Assembly: GCA_951406725.2 (NCBI GenBank)
Contig: OX597823.1
Span: 60,016,001 to 60,080,000, forward strand
Source: Octopus vulgaris
Taxonomy: Eukaryota
Length of the DNA: 64,000 nt
Direction: 5' to 3'
Shown here: in pieces, positions 25,871 to 39,950 of the stretch
Numbering within the stretch: the stretch's first letter is position 1
Layout: each line of letters starts with the position of its first letter
Notes under the pieces: model-generated
The model's database searches: none
The model's input: the letters and a program-made list of their open reading frames with translations, nothing else
What the model was told of the DNA's origin: nothing
Position numbers and translations under genes: made by a program

Positions 25871-25965
25871 ACAGGATTCGAATAATCCTATCAAGTGGTG
25901 CTATTAAGTTAGACATGGCCTGGACCAATCTTTGGTCGAAACATATCTAAGTTTATCTAAGTTTA
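24526..25965 (+). mobile_element. 5'-truncated CR1/L2-group LINE with short 3' UTR and (ATCTAAGTTT)2 tail
   Basis: Sharp GC increase at ~24526; ORF ends at 25870; tandem tail at ~25945-25964. Confidence 0.92.
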
Positions 25966-26015
25966 TATATAACAACTAAAAGACAGAAGATGGAATATAC
26001 GGGAACATATTATTA

Positions 26016-26117
26016 ATCACAATTGTTTCGACACATCCAGCATTGACTCCTCTTGTGGCACACACAAAAAACTGGTACAGGAGCATCGAGCAATGCAGAC
26101 GTATCTTGTCAGGTGAT
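26016..26117 (-). ncRNA. Degenerate hammerhead-like motif with long stem II
   Basis: Minus: atcac-CTGACAA-gatacgtc...gatgtgtc-GAAA-caattgtgat; core G mutated, cleavage triplet ambiguous. Confidence 0.45.
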
Positions 26118-27007
26118 AAATAAATAAAAAATCTCATTTAAATGACAGTTCCATAATGCAACTCTTCATTTTGCAGAGAGAAAAACAGCTAGACAGAGGA
26201 AAATTCTTCATATATATAGAAGATCCAAAAATAAAATTTCAGAAGACAAAAAGAGAAACAAACTTAATCCAGCGAGAAAAGTATTGAAAATAACTGTTAA
26301 CTGATATGGATGTATAAACGCCCTTGGCCAAGCAGCATATATATATATATATATACTATCATCATCATCATTTAACATCCATTTTCCATGCATATATACA
26401 TGAGTAGCATACTGATGTTATCTACATTCCAAGAAAAGAATCTTGTTTCTTGGTTAGAAACCAGCTCTTTTGTCATTGTGAAAAGCTCAAAAAATAAACT
26501 AGATCATATTTATATATACATAAATAAATAGATACATACACACACACACACATACACACATATTCACATACATATAATACTCATACAAAAATATCCATAA
26601 AAAACACAAACACATCACATGGGTTAGACATTCATGAGAATTAAAGAATTTCTGAATAATTATCCAATCACAGAATTAGAAGATAATTGATACTGACACA
26701 TATAATTTACATAAATGGTTTGGTGATAAAAACATTTAACCATGATGTGATATATTTGTTAATAATTGACCAACACACTGTGAAAATGGTAGCAATGAGG
26801 GAGGGGATGAACTGAATGCTTAAGAATGTTTAAAAAAAGAATATCTACATCATGAGATCAAATTCTACTCAAGCTAAGTTTAAGTGTCATATATCTGAGA
26901 ATCAATATATCAAATACTGGAAGGATACTGATTTCAGGAGAGGCAACTATATCTCTGCCCTTTATATACCTCACTCTAAATGGTGACTATAAATAAAATA
27001 ACTGTGC

Positions 27008-27250
27008 CCTTTTAAAGCCTAGCCAGGCTCATGGGCCCAGTTTCCTGGTTTCTATGGCGTATGTATTCCCCAGCCAGATGGGACGCCAGTCCATTGTAGT
27101 GTTACTCATTTTTGCCAGCTGAGTGGACTGGAGCAATGTGAAATGAAGTGTTTTGCTCAAGAACACAACGCATCGCCCGGTCCAGGAATCGAAATCACAA
27201 TCTTACGATCATGATGCTGACACCCTAATCACTAAGCCACGCACCTCCAC
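27008..27250 (-). mobile_element. tRNA-derived SINE family C
   Basis: Minus head GGAGGTGCGTGGCTTAGTGATTAGGG...TTCGATTCC; CTTGAGCAAAACACTT core. Confidence 0.88.
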
Positions 27251-27689
27251 AAACGGTGACTATATCTCACCCTAAATGGTGATCATGAATTGATGTTTCA
27301 TTAGAGAAAAATGGACATCATCAATTGATGTTTCAAAGATTTTACATTGAAGCTGCCATCATTCAATTGATGCCTGAGCATCTACTTCCTCAAATATACC
27401 GAAGTGTATGTGGCCCTAATCAATGGAAGAAAATCAAGTTGCAAATGGAAGATTTATACAGAAATTAAGAACCTTTTTACTGATTGTCCTTTCATTGTCA
27501 GATGAAGTAGATGTTTATAATGATGCTCTAGATAGCACAGAAGAAAGCAATACTTCAACTTGTTCTGGATGAAAAAAGTGAACCAGTTTCTCTCCATTTG
27601 TACATTCATTTAACAACAACAATGTAGAAATCTCATATGAATTTATGCTTATGCTGGATGCAAAGGAAAATGAATATTTTATGGCACTC

Positions 27690-28332
27690 AAGGTAGTGAA
27701 CTGGCAGAATCAGAATGAAGGTGGTGAGCTGGCAGAAACGTTAGCATGCCGGGCGAAATGCGCAACCGCATTTCGTCTGCCGTTATGTTCTGAGTTCAAA
27801 TTCCGCTGAAGTCGACTTTGCCTTTCATCCTTTCGGGGTTGATTAAATAAGTACCAGTTACACACTGGGGTCGATATAATCGACTCAATCCGTTTGTCTG
27901 TCCTTGTTTGTCCTCTCTGTGTTTAGCCCCTTGTGGGTAGTAAAGAAATAGGTATTTCATCTGCTGTTATGTTCTGAGTTCAAATTCCACTGAGGTTGAC
28001 TTGCCTTTCATCCTTTCGGGGTCGATAAATTAAGTACCAGTTACGCACTGAGGTCGATGTAATCGACTTAATCCCTTTGTCTGTCCTTGTTTGTCCCCTC
28101 TATGTTTAGCCCCTTGTGGGCAGTAAAGAAATAAGAATCAGTAGCATGCTAGGCAAATGCTTAGCAGTATTTTGTCCATCTTTAGATCCTGAGTTTAAAT
28201 TCCAGCAAGGTCGACTTTGCCATTCATCCTCTCAAGGTCAATAAAATAAGTACCAGTTGTGCACTGGGGTCAATGTAACCAACTCACTCCCTCCCCTAAA
28301 ATTGCTGGCTTTGATCCAAAATTTGAAACCAA
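27690..28332 (+). mobile_element. SINE family B composite: young dimer nested in an older copy
   Basis: AAGGYGGTGAGCTGGCAGAA head; GCCTTTCATCCTTTCGGGGTCGAT core three times; AGAATCAG direct repeat at 27706 and 28134. Confidence 0.9.
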
Positions 28333-28734
28333 CATATATGGTACCTTTTGATAATGTGATTGTATGTTTTCATTGTTTATGTACTTATTCAAAGTGAAAA
28401 AAGATACCATTTTGTTTTTTGAGGTTTTTTTTTTACCATTTGGCATACATATTCATGCAACCCTTTCCACTGTTTAAGAAGGTAATTAGCTAAACTAAAT
28501 ATATTACTGTACCTATCATGGTCAACTGTGTCTTTCATTTTTCTCAGATTAATAAAACCTGACACCAATCAGGTACTAGTATTTATTTAATTCACTATAA
28601 ACCCTCCTACAATATATAAATTTCGGTGAACGTTAGAGATAAATATTAAGTCAATGACCTTTAGGATCCAAGCTCAAAATCCTACAAGAGTTGGCTTCGT
28701 TATTCATCCCCCAGTTTAGTAAGATATATAGGGT

Positions 28735-29074
28735 AAAAGGTAAAGTCACCCTTCGGTCTTGAATCACCATGTGATTGCACCTAGAAAGTTGTTCCTCTCT
28801 GAGGCACAAGTCTGGGCAAGTTTGTTTATGAAGGCCAGCAGTCACCCATGCATACCAGCCTCTCCTCTCCATGCCACTGATGTAACCCAAAGGAAAAGCT
28901 AAGGCTAAATCATCTCGGCACCAGTGATGTCACAACTCATATTTACAGCTGAGCGAACTAGGGTAACATTAAATAAAGTGTCTTGCTCAAGAACACAACA
29001 CAGCCCGATTTGGGAATCAAACTCACTACTTCTTGATTGTAAGCCCAATGCTCTAACCACTGAGCCATGTGCCT
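28735..29074 (-). mobile_element. SINE family C
   Basis: Reverse complement similar to 59587-59910. Confidence 0.82.
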
Positions 29075-29249
29075 TTACTCACAATAAATGCCAGTCTAAC
29101 AATCGATAGCCCTTTTGACAAGCTGCTTAAAGGTCAGCAGTCTGTGACAAGCATCAAGCATTTCATTACAACTGTGTTCAAGACAGTTAGAACTGCATGA
29201 TTGTGAAATAAATCATGAAATAAACAAAGCTTGCACTCATATAGTTATG

Positions 29250-29537
29250 GATTTATATGTTAAAAGCACTTGTGCAGTTCCACATAAAAGCACCCATGTG
29301 AGATCACATAAAAGTTCTTATGTGGAACCAGTAGAAGCACTCATGTGGTGCCATGTAAAAGCACCCAGCACACTCTGTAAAGTGGTTAACATCAGGAAGG
29401 TCATCCAACTGTAGCAACCATGCCAAATCAGACTGGAGTCTGGTGCAATTTCTCAGCTTGTCAGCTCTGGTCAAACCATCCAACCCAAGCCAGCATGGAC
29501 AACAGTCGTTAAATGATAATGATGATGATGATGATGA
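29250..29537 (+). mobile_element. Retroposon family D, longer 3' fragment
   Basis: AAAAGCAC sub-repeats, then family D body and (ATG)n tail. Confidence 0.8.
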
Positions 29538-29933
29538 TCTCTTTTACTCTTTTTTTCTTTTACTTGTTTCAGTCATTTGATTGCGGCCATGCTGGAGCAC
29601 CGCCTTTACTCAAGCAAGTCGACCCCAGGACTTATTCTTTGGAAGACTAGTACTTATTCTATTGGTTTCTTTTGCCGAACCACTAAGTTACGGGGACAAA
29701 AACACATCACTATCGGTTGTCAAGCGATGTTGGTGAGACAAACACAGACACACAAACATATACACACACACACACATATATACATATATATACGACGGGC
29801 TTCTTTCAGTTTCCATCTATCAAATCCACTCACAAGGCTTTGGTCAGCCCGAGGCTATAGTAGAAGACACTTGCCCAAGGTGCCACACAGTGGGACTGAA
29901 CCCAGAACTGTGTGATTGGTAAGCAAGCTACTT
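29538..29933 (-). mobile_element. SINE family A inserted in the (ATG)n tail
   Basis: (ATG)n resumes at ~29938. Confidence 0.9.
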
Positions 29934-30447
29934 CCCTATGATGATGATGAACTATAATTAAATAATGTTCTAAATTTTGAAAGCATATAACAACACTGGA
30001 TGAAGATTTCTGCTACACAAATTAGCTTTCCTGAATTTACTTTGGAGAAGATTCTAAATATAAAGAATCCATTTATTTTTCTCACAAATCTCACATCTGT
30101 GACATCGTTTTTATGATACTCTGTCATGGTGATTTTTGCATTCATTTGGTATCAGCATCCTGAGACGAGATGGTCTATTGTCTCATCAAATTTATTGCTA
30201 ACATTTCTGCCAGTCAATTTGATTGATCCCCAGTATGCAACTGGTACTTAATTCATCGACCCCTAAAAGGATGAAAGGCAAAGTCAAGGGGTTGATAAGA
30301 TCAGTTCTGGGATTGAAACAATCAACTGAATCCCCTCTCCAGAAACTACTGACCTTACCCCAAAGTTTGAAATCATTATTACTATTATTATAATGATGAT
30401 GTAGATGATGAAGATGATGGTGGAGGCAGTGGTGGTGATTACAATGA

Positions 30448-30483
<36 letters not shown>

Positions 30484-30665
30484 AGTGTATCAAGATGGTG
30501 ATGATGACAATGATATCATTTTCTAAATTTCCTTTATTCAATGTTTTGGTAGTTTTTGGTAAGCAAGCTTTGATATATTATGCTGCCAATATGAAACCTC
30601 CAGTATTGAGCTTCTCAGCCACTGCTTGGTCTACATCAGCATTTCGGCTTCAAAGCATATACTTT

Positions 30666-30878
30666 TCCACTCTAGGCACAAGGCCTCAAATTTTGTGGGA
30701 AGGGGCGCCAGTCGATTAGATTGACCCCCAGTATGCAACTGGTACTTAATTTATCAACTCCAAAAGGCTGAAAAGCAAAGTCAACCTTAGCAGAATTTGA
30801 ACTCAGACTGTAAAGACAGATGAAATACCAGTAAGCAATTCACCCAACGTGCTAACATTTCTGTCAGCTTGCTACTTA
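30666..30878 (-). mobile_element. SINE family B
   Basis: Reverse complement of B core and old-type tail. Confidence 0.82.
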
Positions 30879-30984
30879 GCAGTATTTTGTCAGCTGCTAT
30901 GTTCTGAGTACAAATTATTATCATTATTACCATTATTATTATTTATCATTATTATTATTATCATTATTATCGTTACTATTGTTA

Positions 30985-31031
<47 letters not shown>

Positions 31032-31033
<2 letters not shown>

Positions 31034-31235
31034 AGCAGTAAGCTAGCAGAATTGTTAGCACACTGGGCAAAATGCTTAGTGGTCTCTTGTCCATCTTTAC
31101 ATTCTGAGTTCAAATTCTGCCAAGGTCAACTTTGCCTTTCATCCTTTCGGGGTTGACAAGATAAATTCTGGGGTTGAAGTAATCAACTTTACCCCCTTCT
31201 CCTGAAACTACTGACCTTACCCCAAAGTTTGAAAT
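31032..31235 (+). mobile_element. SINE family B, old-type tail
   Basis: Head, core and ...AAAGTTTGAAATC-(ATT)n. Confidence 0.82.
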
Positions 31236-31520
31236 CATTATTACTCTAATTATAATTATTACTATAATTATATTGATGATGTAGATGATGAAGATGATGG
31301 TGGAGGCAGTTGTGGTGATTACGACGACGACGATGATGATGATGATAATGAAAACGATGACAATGATATCATTTTCTTGATTTCCTTTATTCAATGATAA
31401 ACTTTTATTACAGTTAATCAGCAACTAATTTTCACCATCTAATGTATCACTATTTAGTTTTTTTATAACTTTATTTTGTATTGTATTTTCTTTGTTTCTT
31501 TTGGTTCATTTCTTCATGTA

Positions 31521-31556
<36 letters not shown>

Positions 31557-31693
31557 ATATATATGTTGTGTTGATATATATGTATATATATATATCTATA
31601 TTTACCTATCTACCAATATTTATATATATAGATATATATGTGTTTGTGTGTATACGTATGTATGTATATATGTATAAATGTAAATGTGTGAGT

Positions 31694-31725
<32 letters not shown>

Positions 31726-32057
31726 ACATACACATAGACTTATTATTTTTTTTTATTTTCACTGTAATTTTATTTCATTGCTAATAAAAGTCAGATTTAT
31801 ATCATTTTGCATAGACCAAAAACTACATACCATTGTGTACATATACGATGATATGGTATGCTAGAAATATATATAAGTAAATACCCTTGTTTTTTTATTT
31901 TATTTTATTTTATATTTCTTCACTTCGTTTATATTTTTTTATTTTATATTTTTCTATATATTACCACACAACCAATGAAGTAGAAGTTACTTTTGAAGTA
32001 AATGTATGACGAACAAAATTATCCATTTGTTGTTGTCAGTGGTATTGTTGTGGTTTT

Positions 32058-32093
<36 letters not shown>

Positions 32094-32094
32094 G

Positions 32095-32135
<41 letters not shown>

Positions 32136-32499
32136 GATATATATACATAATATATATATATTATATATATATATATATATGTATGTATTTATAAATATAT
32201 ATATATATATATTGAGAGAAATGATAAAAAGCTCAATATTTCGACCATAAATAAACATTTAAATTGAACTTAACCATAGTTTAGGTGTAAAGGCACTGCA
32301 CTGATATTTGATAATTTGATAATTGCATTTGCTGCAAACCACTATTTGTGTCATCTGAAAATACATTTAAAATCCATTATAAATATAAACATCAATATAC
32401 ATGTATGTGTTGTATAAAGCTCTGCACATTTGTTTGTTTGCTGGTTTCTTTCTTTGTATTTGTATGTGTGAATGAGTCTGCATAAATTGAATCCCCCAC

Positions 32500-32533
<34 letters not shown>

Positions 32534-34617
32534 ATATATATATATATATATATACATGTATATATGTATGATACGTGATATATAGATATATGTGTGCATA
32601 TGTAGTATATATAAATATATATGTATATATTTGCAAATATGATGTATGATATATATGCCCACACAAACATATATATATATCCTATGTATGTACAATATAC
32701 ATTTATATATACGTGTGTGTGTGTGTAATGGAGTACACATTTTAGTTACAAATGACAGTAAGAGCATTGAATAGATGTCACATTTATATATATATACATA
32801 TATATATGTATATATATATTTGTGTGTGTATATATATATAAATGTATATATATGTACATATATATATTTATAAAATATACATATGTATATATTCAACATA
32901 CATACATACATATGTATACGATCTATATACATATATATATGCATATGTGTATATATTAACACATATATTTATATACCTACACGTACACACACGCATTCAA
33001 AACACACACAATAACATATATATTAACGTACACCTGCACCCACACACCTACATGATTTGAAAGCTGTTTAATGTCTGAAAAAGAGATTGATGATACACAT
33101 ATAGACAAAGCACACAACAAGCCACATGTATATATACATACATACATATATATGCATATATAAAACACACATATTTTATAGATATATATATTTGTGTGTG
33201 TTTATATATATATATTATATATACATATATGTATTAAATACATATATATACATATACATACACATATATACAAGTGTGTGTATATATATATATATATGTA
33301 AGCATACACACATGAATATATATACATATTTATTCATGCATATACAGACACACACATATGCACCCACACATATCAACCAAAACGCACTGGCTAATTTCCA
33401 AATGATATAATTTTTTTTTTACTATGTGCTGCCAAATTTAGACTTAATTCTTTTGAAATTTTTTGGTTTAGTTTCCAACCAACATGGATATTAAATTATT
33501 GGAAGAATTACTTAGCAACAATATTTATTATGATGCCAACGTTATTTGATTTAATTTTCTCATATTTTGGGGGGTTTCAGTTTGGTATTTTTTTTTATAT
33601 ATATATGTATATATTTTGCTTCAATATTGATTGATTAATTAATGTATTTATGTGTGCTTTTATTTATTTTCAATAAACTATATTTTAGCCACAAAAGACA
33701 GGCTATGTTAAATATATCCTTTTATAATGCCTCGTATCGTTTTAACACAATTCAACCTGGTATGCATTCGGGGTCAAGCAAGATCAGCCAAATATGTGCA
33801 CTGACACACACATACACGTACACGTGTGTCTGTGTGGGTGTCTGGGTGTGCGTGTATATGTATTTATTTATATATCACATATATACATATATGTATATAT
33901 AGATATATATTTGCATATTTGCATGTAAGTTTACTTACATATATAGATATATGTACGTATGTATATACACATGTACATTCATATATTTATATATAATATC
34001 TATATAACATATGTATGTATATATGAATATACATATACAGTGCATATATATATGCATGTGTGTGTATGTATAATATATATAAATGTATATATACACATAT
34101 ACACACATATATATTTATAAATACCCACTCACATACACCACATATATGCACACACAATCTCACACATGCACACACACACACACACCCACACACACACGCA
34201 CACCCACACACACACGCACACACATATATGTATATTGATTTGTTTGTCGTTTTTGTCAGTGTTTTATGGTAAAATGTTGCACATTTAATCGGAAAGCACT
34301 AAAGCACTCAGAAACAGATTTTTGGATTCTGTGACCTGATTTCAATTCCAATTTGCTCCTACTTCAATTTTCTTGGGCCTACATATATATTTTAGTTATA
34401 TTTTATGAATCTAGTTCATTGCACCCGCTTTATGTTATTGTCATGGTTGGGAGATTTCTTCAGACATTACTGAGTGGTTAAGAGAAGTTAGCTGTGCAAC
34501 TACATAATACTGAGTTTTCTTGAGTATCCTTTGTTTGGCCACAGACCTGCAAATGTTCAGTCATTCGTTTTTACCTCAGTTGTTTTTCCAGGCTAATATG
34601 AGTTCGGCAAATATATA

Positions 34618-35152
34618 TTAGGTTGGGGAAAAAGTTTGTGTGCCGAATTTGTGCCAAATGGTCATGCCATCAATGCTGAACTTTACTGTGAGCAACTTGA
34701 TCGAGTCTACAATGCACTGGTTGAAAAGTACCCAAGACTTGTTTATCGAAAACACTCTTTGTTTCAACAAGACAATGCAAGACCACATTAGCCAGAAAGA
34801 CCAGCAACAAGATTGAAGAATTGGACAGTGTGGAAGTTCTGCTAATTCCAGCCTATAGTCCAGATCTGAGACCGTAGTCCATCTAACTACGGTCTCCTCT
34901 GATCAATGCAGCACTTTATGAAAGGTCACAATATGAGTCATTCAATGAAGTCGAAAAAGCCTGCCAAGAATTTTTCAATTCAAAGCCAAAGGACTGGTAT
35001 TTTGACCAAATTCAAAAGCTTATAGACCATTGACAGAAAGTCTTGGAAAATGATGGTTTTTATTTTGAAGAATAGTTGTTGCTTTTGAATAAATTCTTGC
35101 ATTAAAAAAATCATTATTTTAACACGGTGCACAAACTTTTTCATCAACCTAG
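34618..35152 (+). mobile_element. Internally deleted mariner (DD34D-type) transposon
   Basis: 28-bp TIRs TTAGGTTGGGGAAAAAGTTTGTGTGCCG / CGGTGCACAAACTTTTTCATCAACCTAG, TA flanks; FQQDNARPH and PAYSPDL motifs with stops and frameshifts. Confidence 0.92.
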
Positions 35153-35649
35153 TATTATCATGATATTGCTTTTGAGTCATGAGCTCTTCTCATCACTAAT
35201 CTGTACCTGTTTTTCAAGTAAGGGTTTTTTTATTCTACACACCTTCAAAGGCAAACAACTAGTGGTCAGTCTGAACACAATGAAATGACAACAATGTCAA
35301 AAACTTTCCATGAAATGCACATAGGATATTAGCATTCATAGAGATAAATATTTGCATGCACACACAAACACATACACACACACACGTGCACATATATGTG
35401 ACAGTTTCATACAGCTTCTGTTTGCCAGATTCATTTGTAAGTCATTGGTCAGCTCAAAGTTACAGTAGAATGGTCTGGCTCCAGATGCAACCCTGTAGGA
35501 CTGAATCTAAAAATCAAGAGTTTTTGAGAACAAAACTTCACAGACAGAAATTATGTAGGAGCCTTTTGAAAGAACCATTCTTTTTTCTTATGTAGCAGAA
35601 ATAATTTAATAGTAGTCTCTTGTAGTCCAAGAAAGATTATTCTGCAATT

Positions 35650-35884
35650 TCTTGCCAATCAGTCGGCACAGATGATTAGTTTATAATGATCAAATGTTTA
35701 TTCTGTATATTAGCTCACTCTCTCCATCAAATCGATGCTGCCTGAACAGCTGCACAATATATCACATGTCAGGTGTTGAAGTGATTGCAGAGCAGCATGA
35801 AATTAAGTGTTTTGGTTCAAAAACACAATGCACCACCTGACAATTGTGAGTACAGCAACCTAAACCACTTGTCTATGCATCCTT
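35650..35884 (-). mobile_element. SINE family C-related, degenerate
   Basis: GAGCAGCATGAAATTAAGTGTTTTGGTTCAAAAACAC resembles the family C core. Confidence 0.6.
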
Positions 35885-37708
35885 ACAGAATTAATCTATT
35901 TCCCAGTTTGACACTATCATCACCAGGCACATAAGTATTTCAACAGAGTCCACTGTCTTACAAGCAGGACACCTGAGATCTACACATCCCTTAACATTTC
36001 ATCATCACTGCAAGAGCAAGTGGTTAGCACTGCAGTACTGAGAGGGCTAATAAGCGTCTGAAGAAAGTAGAATGGACTTATGAATTTAAAGACATTTCTG
36101 ATCCATCAAAATCATAGAGCATACCAGAGCGGTGTCATATTGCAGATATTGAATCAAAAGTAATAAGTTTAATGGTAAATGGGAGAAAGCCTAGTCACAT
36201 TTGTGGCAGCAAAATATACTAGAGGTCTCTCTTTCCTGAGGAGCTCAAACCATATAAAAGGAACAAGAGGAACTGGTAGACAACAACCACTTGTAGAAGC
36301 TATAGAGTATGCATCAGTACTTCAAGTCATACAGCTTCTTGCAGCCACAAGGATATATGATATATGTAATCTTCATTTCAAGAAACCAATGAACAGGAGG
36401 CAGAAGAACAAAAGACAGAATATCGCCTTCCAAATGGTACCATCCCACCATTTTGCAATAAGTAGAATGAGATGGAAAAAAAAACCAAAAAAAGAGCAAA
36501 CTGTTGGAAAGAGTATTGTAAGAAAAAAATAAACCCACAAAAAAGAAGAAAAAACAAACTGATGATGGGCTATCTAGAATGCGCAAGAAGGTGTTTCTTT
36601 AAACAGCTACATTTACAGTGCTTCATATAGAAAGGGAACCTTTAATAAATGACCTAAACTAATTGAAGGAAAATGAAATATGCAGATATTCGAAGAAGTG
36701 TGATCACACTATGTGAAGCCTACCAGGGATAGATAAATTGTCAGAGCAATTTTTCCATCTACACTAAAAGTGATAAACAAACCACTTCCAGTATGTAGAC
36801 CCTCTCTAGGCTCACTGTGATACTTAAACCGACGGGATGGCGGAATTGTTGAAGTGCTGCAAAAATCATTGTTTAGTGTTGATTCTGGTTCTTTACATTC
36901 CAAATTCAAATTCAGCATAGGTTTTTACCTTTGTCTTTCCTACCTCCATGCTCAATAAAATAAAGTACCAGTCATTTACTGGAGAAGTGGGGAATGGAAT
37001 CAACTATTTCCTTTCCCCTCAAAATACTGATATAATAGCTTGATTATACACACACTAACTAATAGTGATTATTGTATCGCTGAAAACTGTGCTTTTGGAT
37101 TCACTAGTGTTTCATTTTTGGCAATAACAGCTGTTTATTCTTCTCCAAGCTTCTCTTTAACAGTAGTTAGACATTGTGTGTAAAGAGAGTTGTTTTGGGA
37201 TTTTTTCTTTTGTTTGTATTTGGTGGAGGTGTTTTATCTATTTACATATATATTTTTTTTTAATACCAGATTATAAAGAAAATATTGCAAGCTGGAGTTG
37301 TAAGCAGTCTGAACTGACGCACATAAAGAACACTGCCTGAATATATAAATACAGACAAAATATGTATGAAATAAAAGGAAAAACATATTGAAGGAATGCG
37401 TAAACACACAAACATGTCATTACATTAATGAGTAGGTTTTTGGTTCCGCAAATACTCACACACACACATACATACATACAGAAACATATGAACACACACA
37501 CACACACATGTGCGTGCAAACACATATGCATGCACTTCATGAAATTACACATTGAGAATAAGAAGGATATAGATATGCAAAATATATAGAACAAATACAG
37601 ATATGTATACGTATACACACACATGCACACATACATATATATAAACACACACACACACAATCATACAAAAATTCTCAAACACTAACATAAACATAAATAG
37701 ACCCCCCT

Positions 37709-37756
<48 letters not shown>

Positions 37757-38117
37757 ACACACACAAATATAACATGTAGACAGACACACAAATACACAGA
37801 CAGACAAATAGACAAACAGAAAGAGAGAGACAGACGTGCAAACAAACAAACAAGGGAATATTAAACCTGATTGTCTGACATATATTTTGGCTACTGTTTT
37901 AGTTGTTCTATTGATTGTAGAATGGTAAATATTTGACAGAAATAAACCAAGAGGTGATATGTAGATCAGTAACAGGTCAACGGTGTTTGCTTAGTTCTTA
38001 TCTCTCTTACTGCATTCATCATTTAACACTACAGCTAGTGCAGATGCTTTATTAGGTTACACATACATATGTACTTAAAGAACTGCATATACCGGGCGTG
38101 TGTATGCATGCGTGTGC

Positions 38118-38150
<33 letters not shown>

Positions 38151-38215
38151 TATACATATATATATATAGACACATATTTTGTATATGTGTATGTGTGTGT
38201 TTGTGCTATATATTA

Positions 38216-38255
<40 letters not shown>

Positions 38256-38282
38256 AAACATATATGTATATATGTGTATATA

Positions 38283-38327
<45 letters not shown>

Positions 38328-38496
38328 TACACACACACAGACACACATATACATATATATACATACAAATATAGAGACACATAAATATATACGTATAGTT
38401 CTATACATACATACGTACATGCATACACCTATGTATATATATGCTTATATAGTCACACATACATAAATATATGTATATACATTTTTATACAGACAT

Positions 38497-38532
<36 letters not shown>

Positions 38533-38552
38533 CAATATCAGCATTTAAATAT

Positions 38553-38626
<74 letters not shown>

Positions 38627-39467
38627 TACATGTATAAATGTATGTATATATAAACGTGCATATGTGTATACACACATAAATTTATATGCATATGCATACA
38701 CAGACACGCAGGCACATACTCAGGAAACATACACCCAGATTCAGGTATCTTTGCACATGCATTAGTATATATATATATATATATATATACATATATATAA
38801 TTAGTGCTGTATAGTTGGACACATATAATCTTATAACCTGTACATGAATGTCTGTGTAGATATGTAGTTGTAGTGGTGGTGGTGGTGGTGGTGGGGAGAC
38901 AAAACGAGAGAGACAGAGAAGGAATTGAATACTACGTATAGTTAAAACATACTTAGAGAAAACAAAATTGATACATGTACTTTATCTAAATTGTATGTTT
39001 ATTAGAAAAAAGTATACCTTACACTTCAAATTATCAAAAAACACAAAAAGAGAGAGGAAAGGTATGTGTGTGTTAGAGAGAAAGAGAGAGAAACAAAAAT
39101 TACATAGAAACAAAAATTAGACAGATAAAAAAAATTGTTATGTATGTACTTTATGAAATTGTAGTGTACACATTTATGTGTGTGTGTGTGTGCATGTATA
39201 CTTGAATGTGTGTGTTTTTTTTGTTATTGTGTTTGCATGTGATTGTATTGTATGTATGCAAAATATACATTTGCATATTAAGTATGTTTCTATACATTTA
39301 TGTATGTGCGTATATTTGTGTTCATTTATGTAAACATATAGGCAAAAAAGAATATATGGAAGAGAAAGAAAATTTGGGAGACTGAGATTGATAGACAAAC
39401 ATGTCAATAGATAGAAGGGAACAGGAATCACTCCTTTTGTAAACTGGAGACAATATACATGCACAGC

Positions 39468-39544
<77 letters not shown>

Positions 39545-39545
39545 G

Positions 39546-39950
39546 TATTTCTTTATTAGCCACACAGGGCTGAAAACAGAGGGGACAAAATACAAAGTAG
39601 AGTTTTTCTTTTGGGCAAGGAAAGAAAAAAAGTGGGGTAGAATTTCGATCAAAAGGGATCATGGGAAAAAAAAACGATCAAAAGGGATCATGTATCACAG
39701 AAAAGTCATAATGTAAAAGGGGAAACAGATTAGGTTTATCCATGGACAGAAAAGCCTATGGAAAAGACCACAGGAACCTCAGAAAATAATGTCATGCAAA
39801 AACACATTACAGTAAGTGACTCTGTTTTTTCTTTTCTTTTTCTGATTCATAGGATTATGTTCAAGGTGGCTCCATCATTCACACGTGCCATCCTTGATAC
39901 ATTTACCCATCTGTTTTTGAAACAGTCACTAGACAAAACTTCCCTCTTCT
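39546..39950 (-). mobile_element. 3' end of an L1/Tx1-like LINE
   Basis: Minus ORF end VLSSDCFKNRWVNVSRMARVNDGATLNIIL* (F..RW terminal motif), pyrimidine-rich 3' UTR ending AATAAAGAAATA, then (ATCT)n. Confidence 0.65.

Noticed and set aside
36179-36532. 117-aa ORF
   Set aside because: No recognisable domain or splice structure; at most a decayed LINE endonuclease fragment (ICNLHFKKP)
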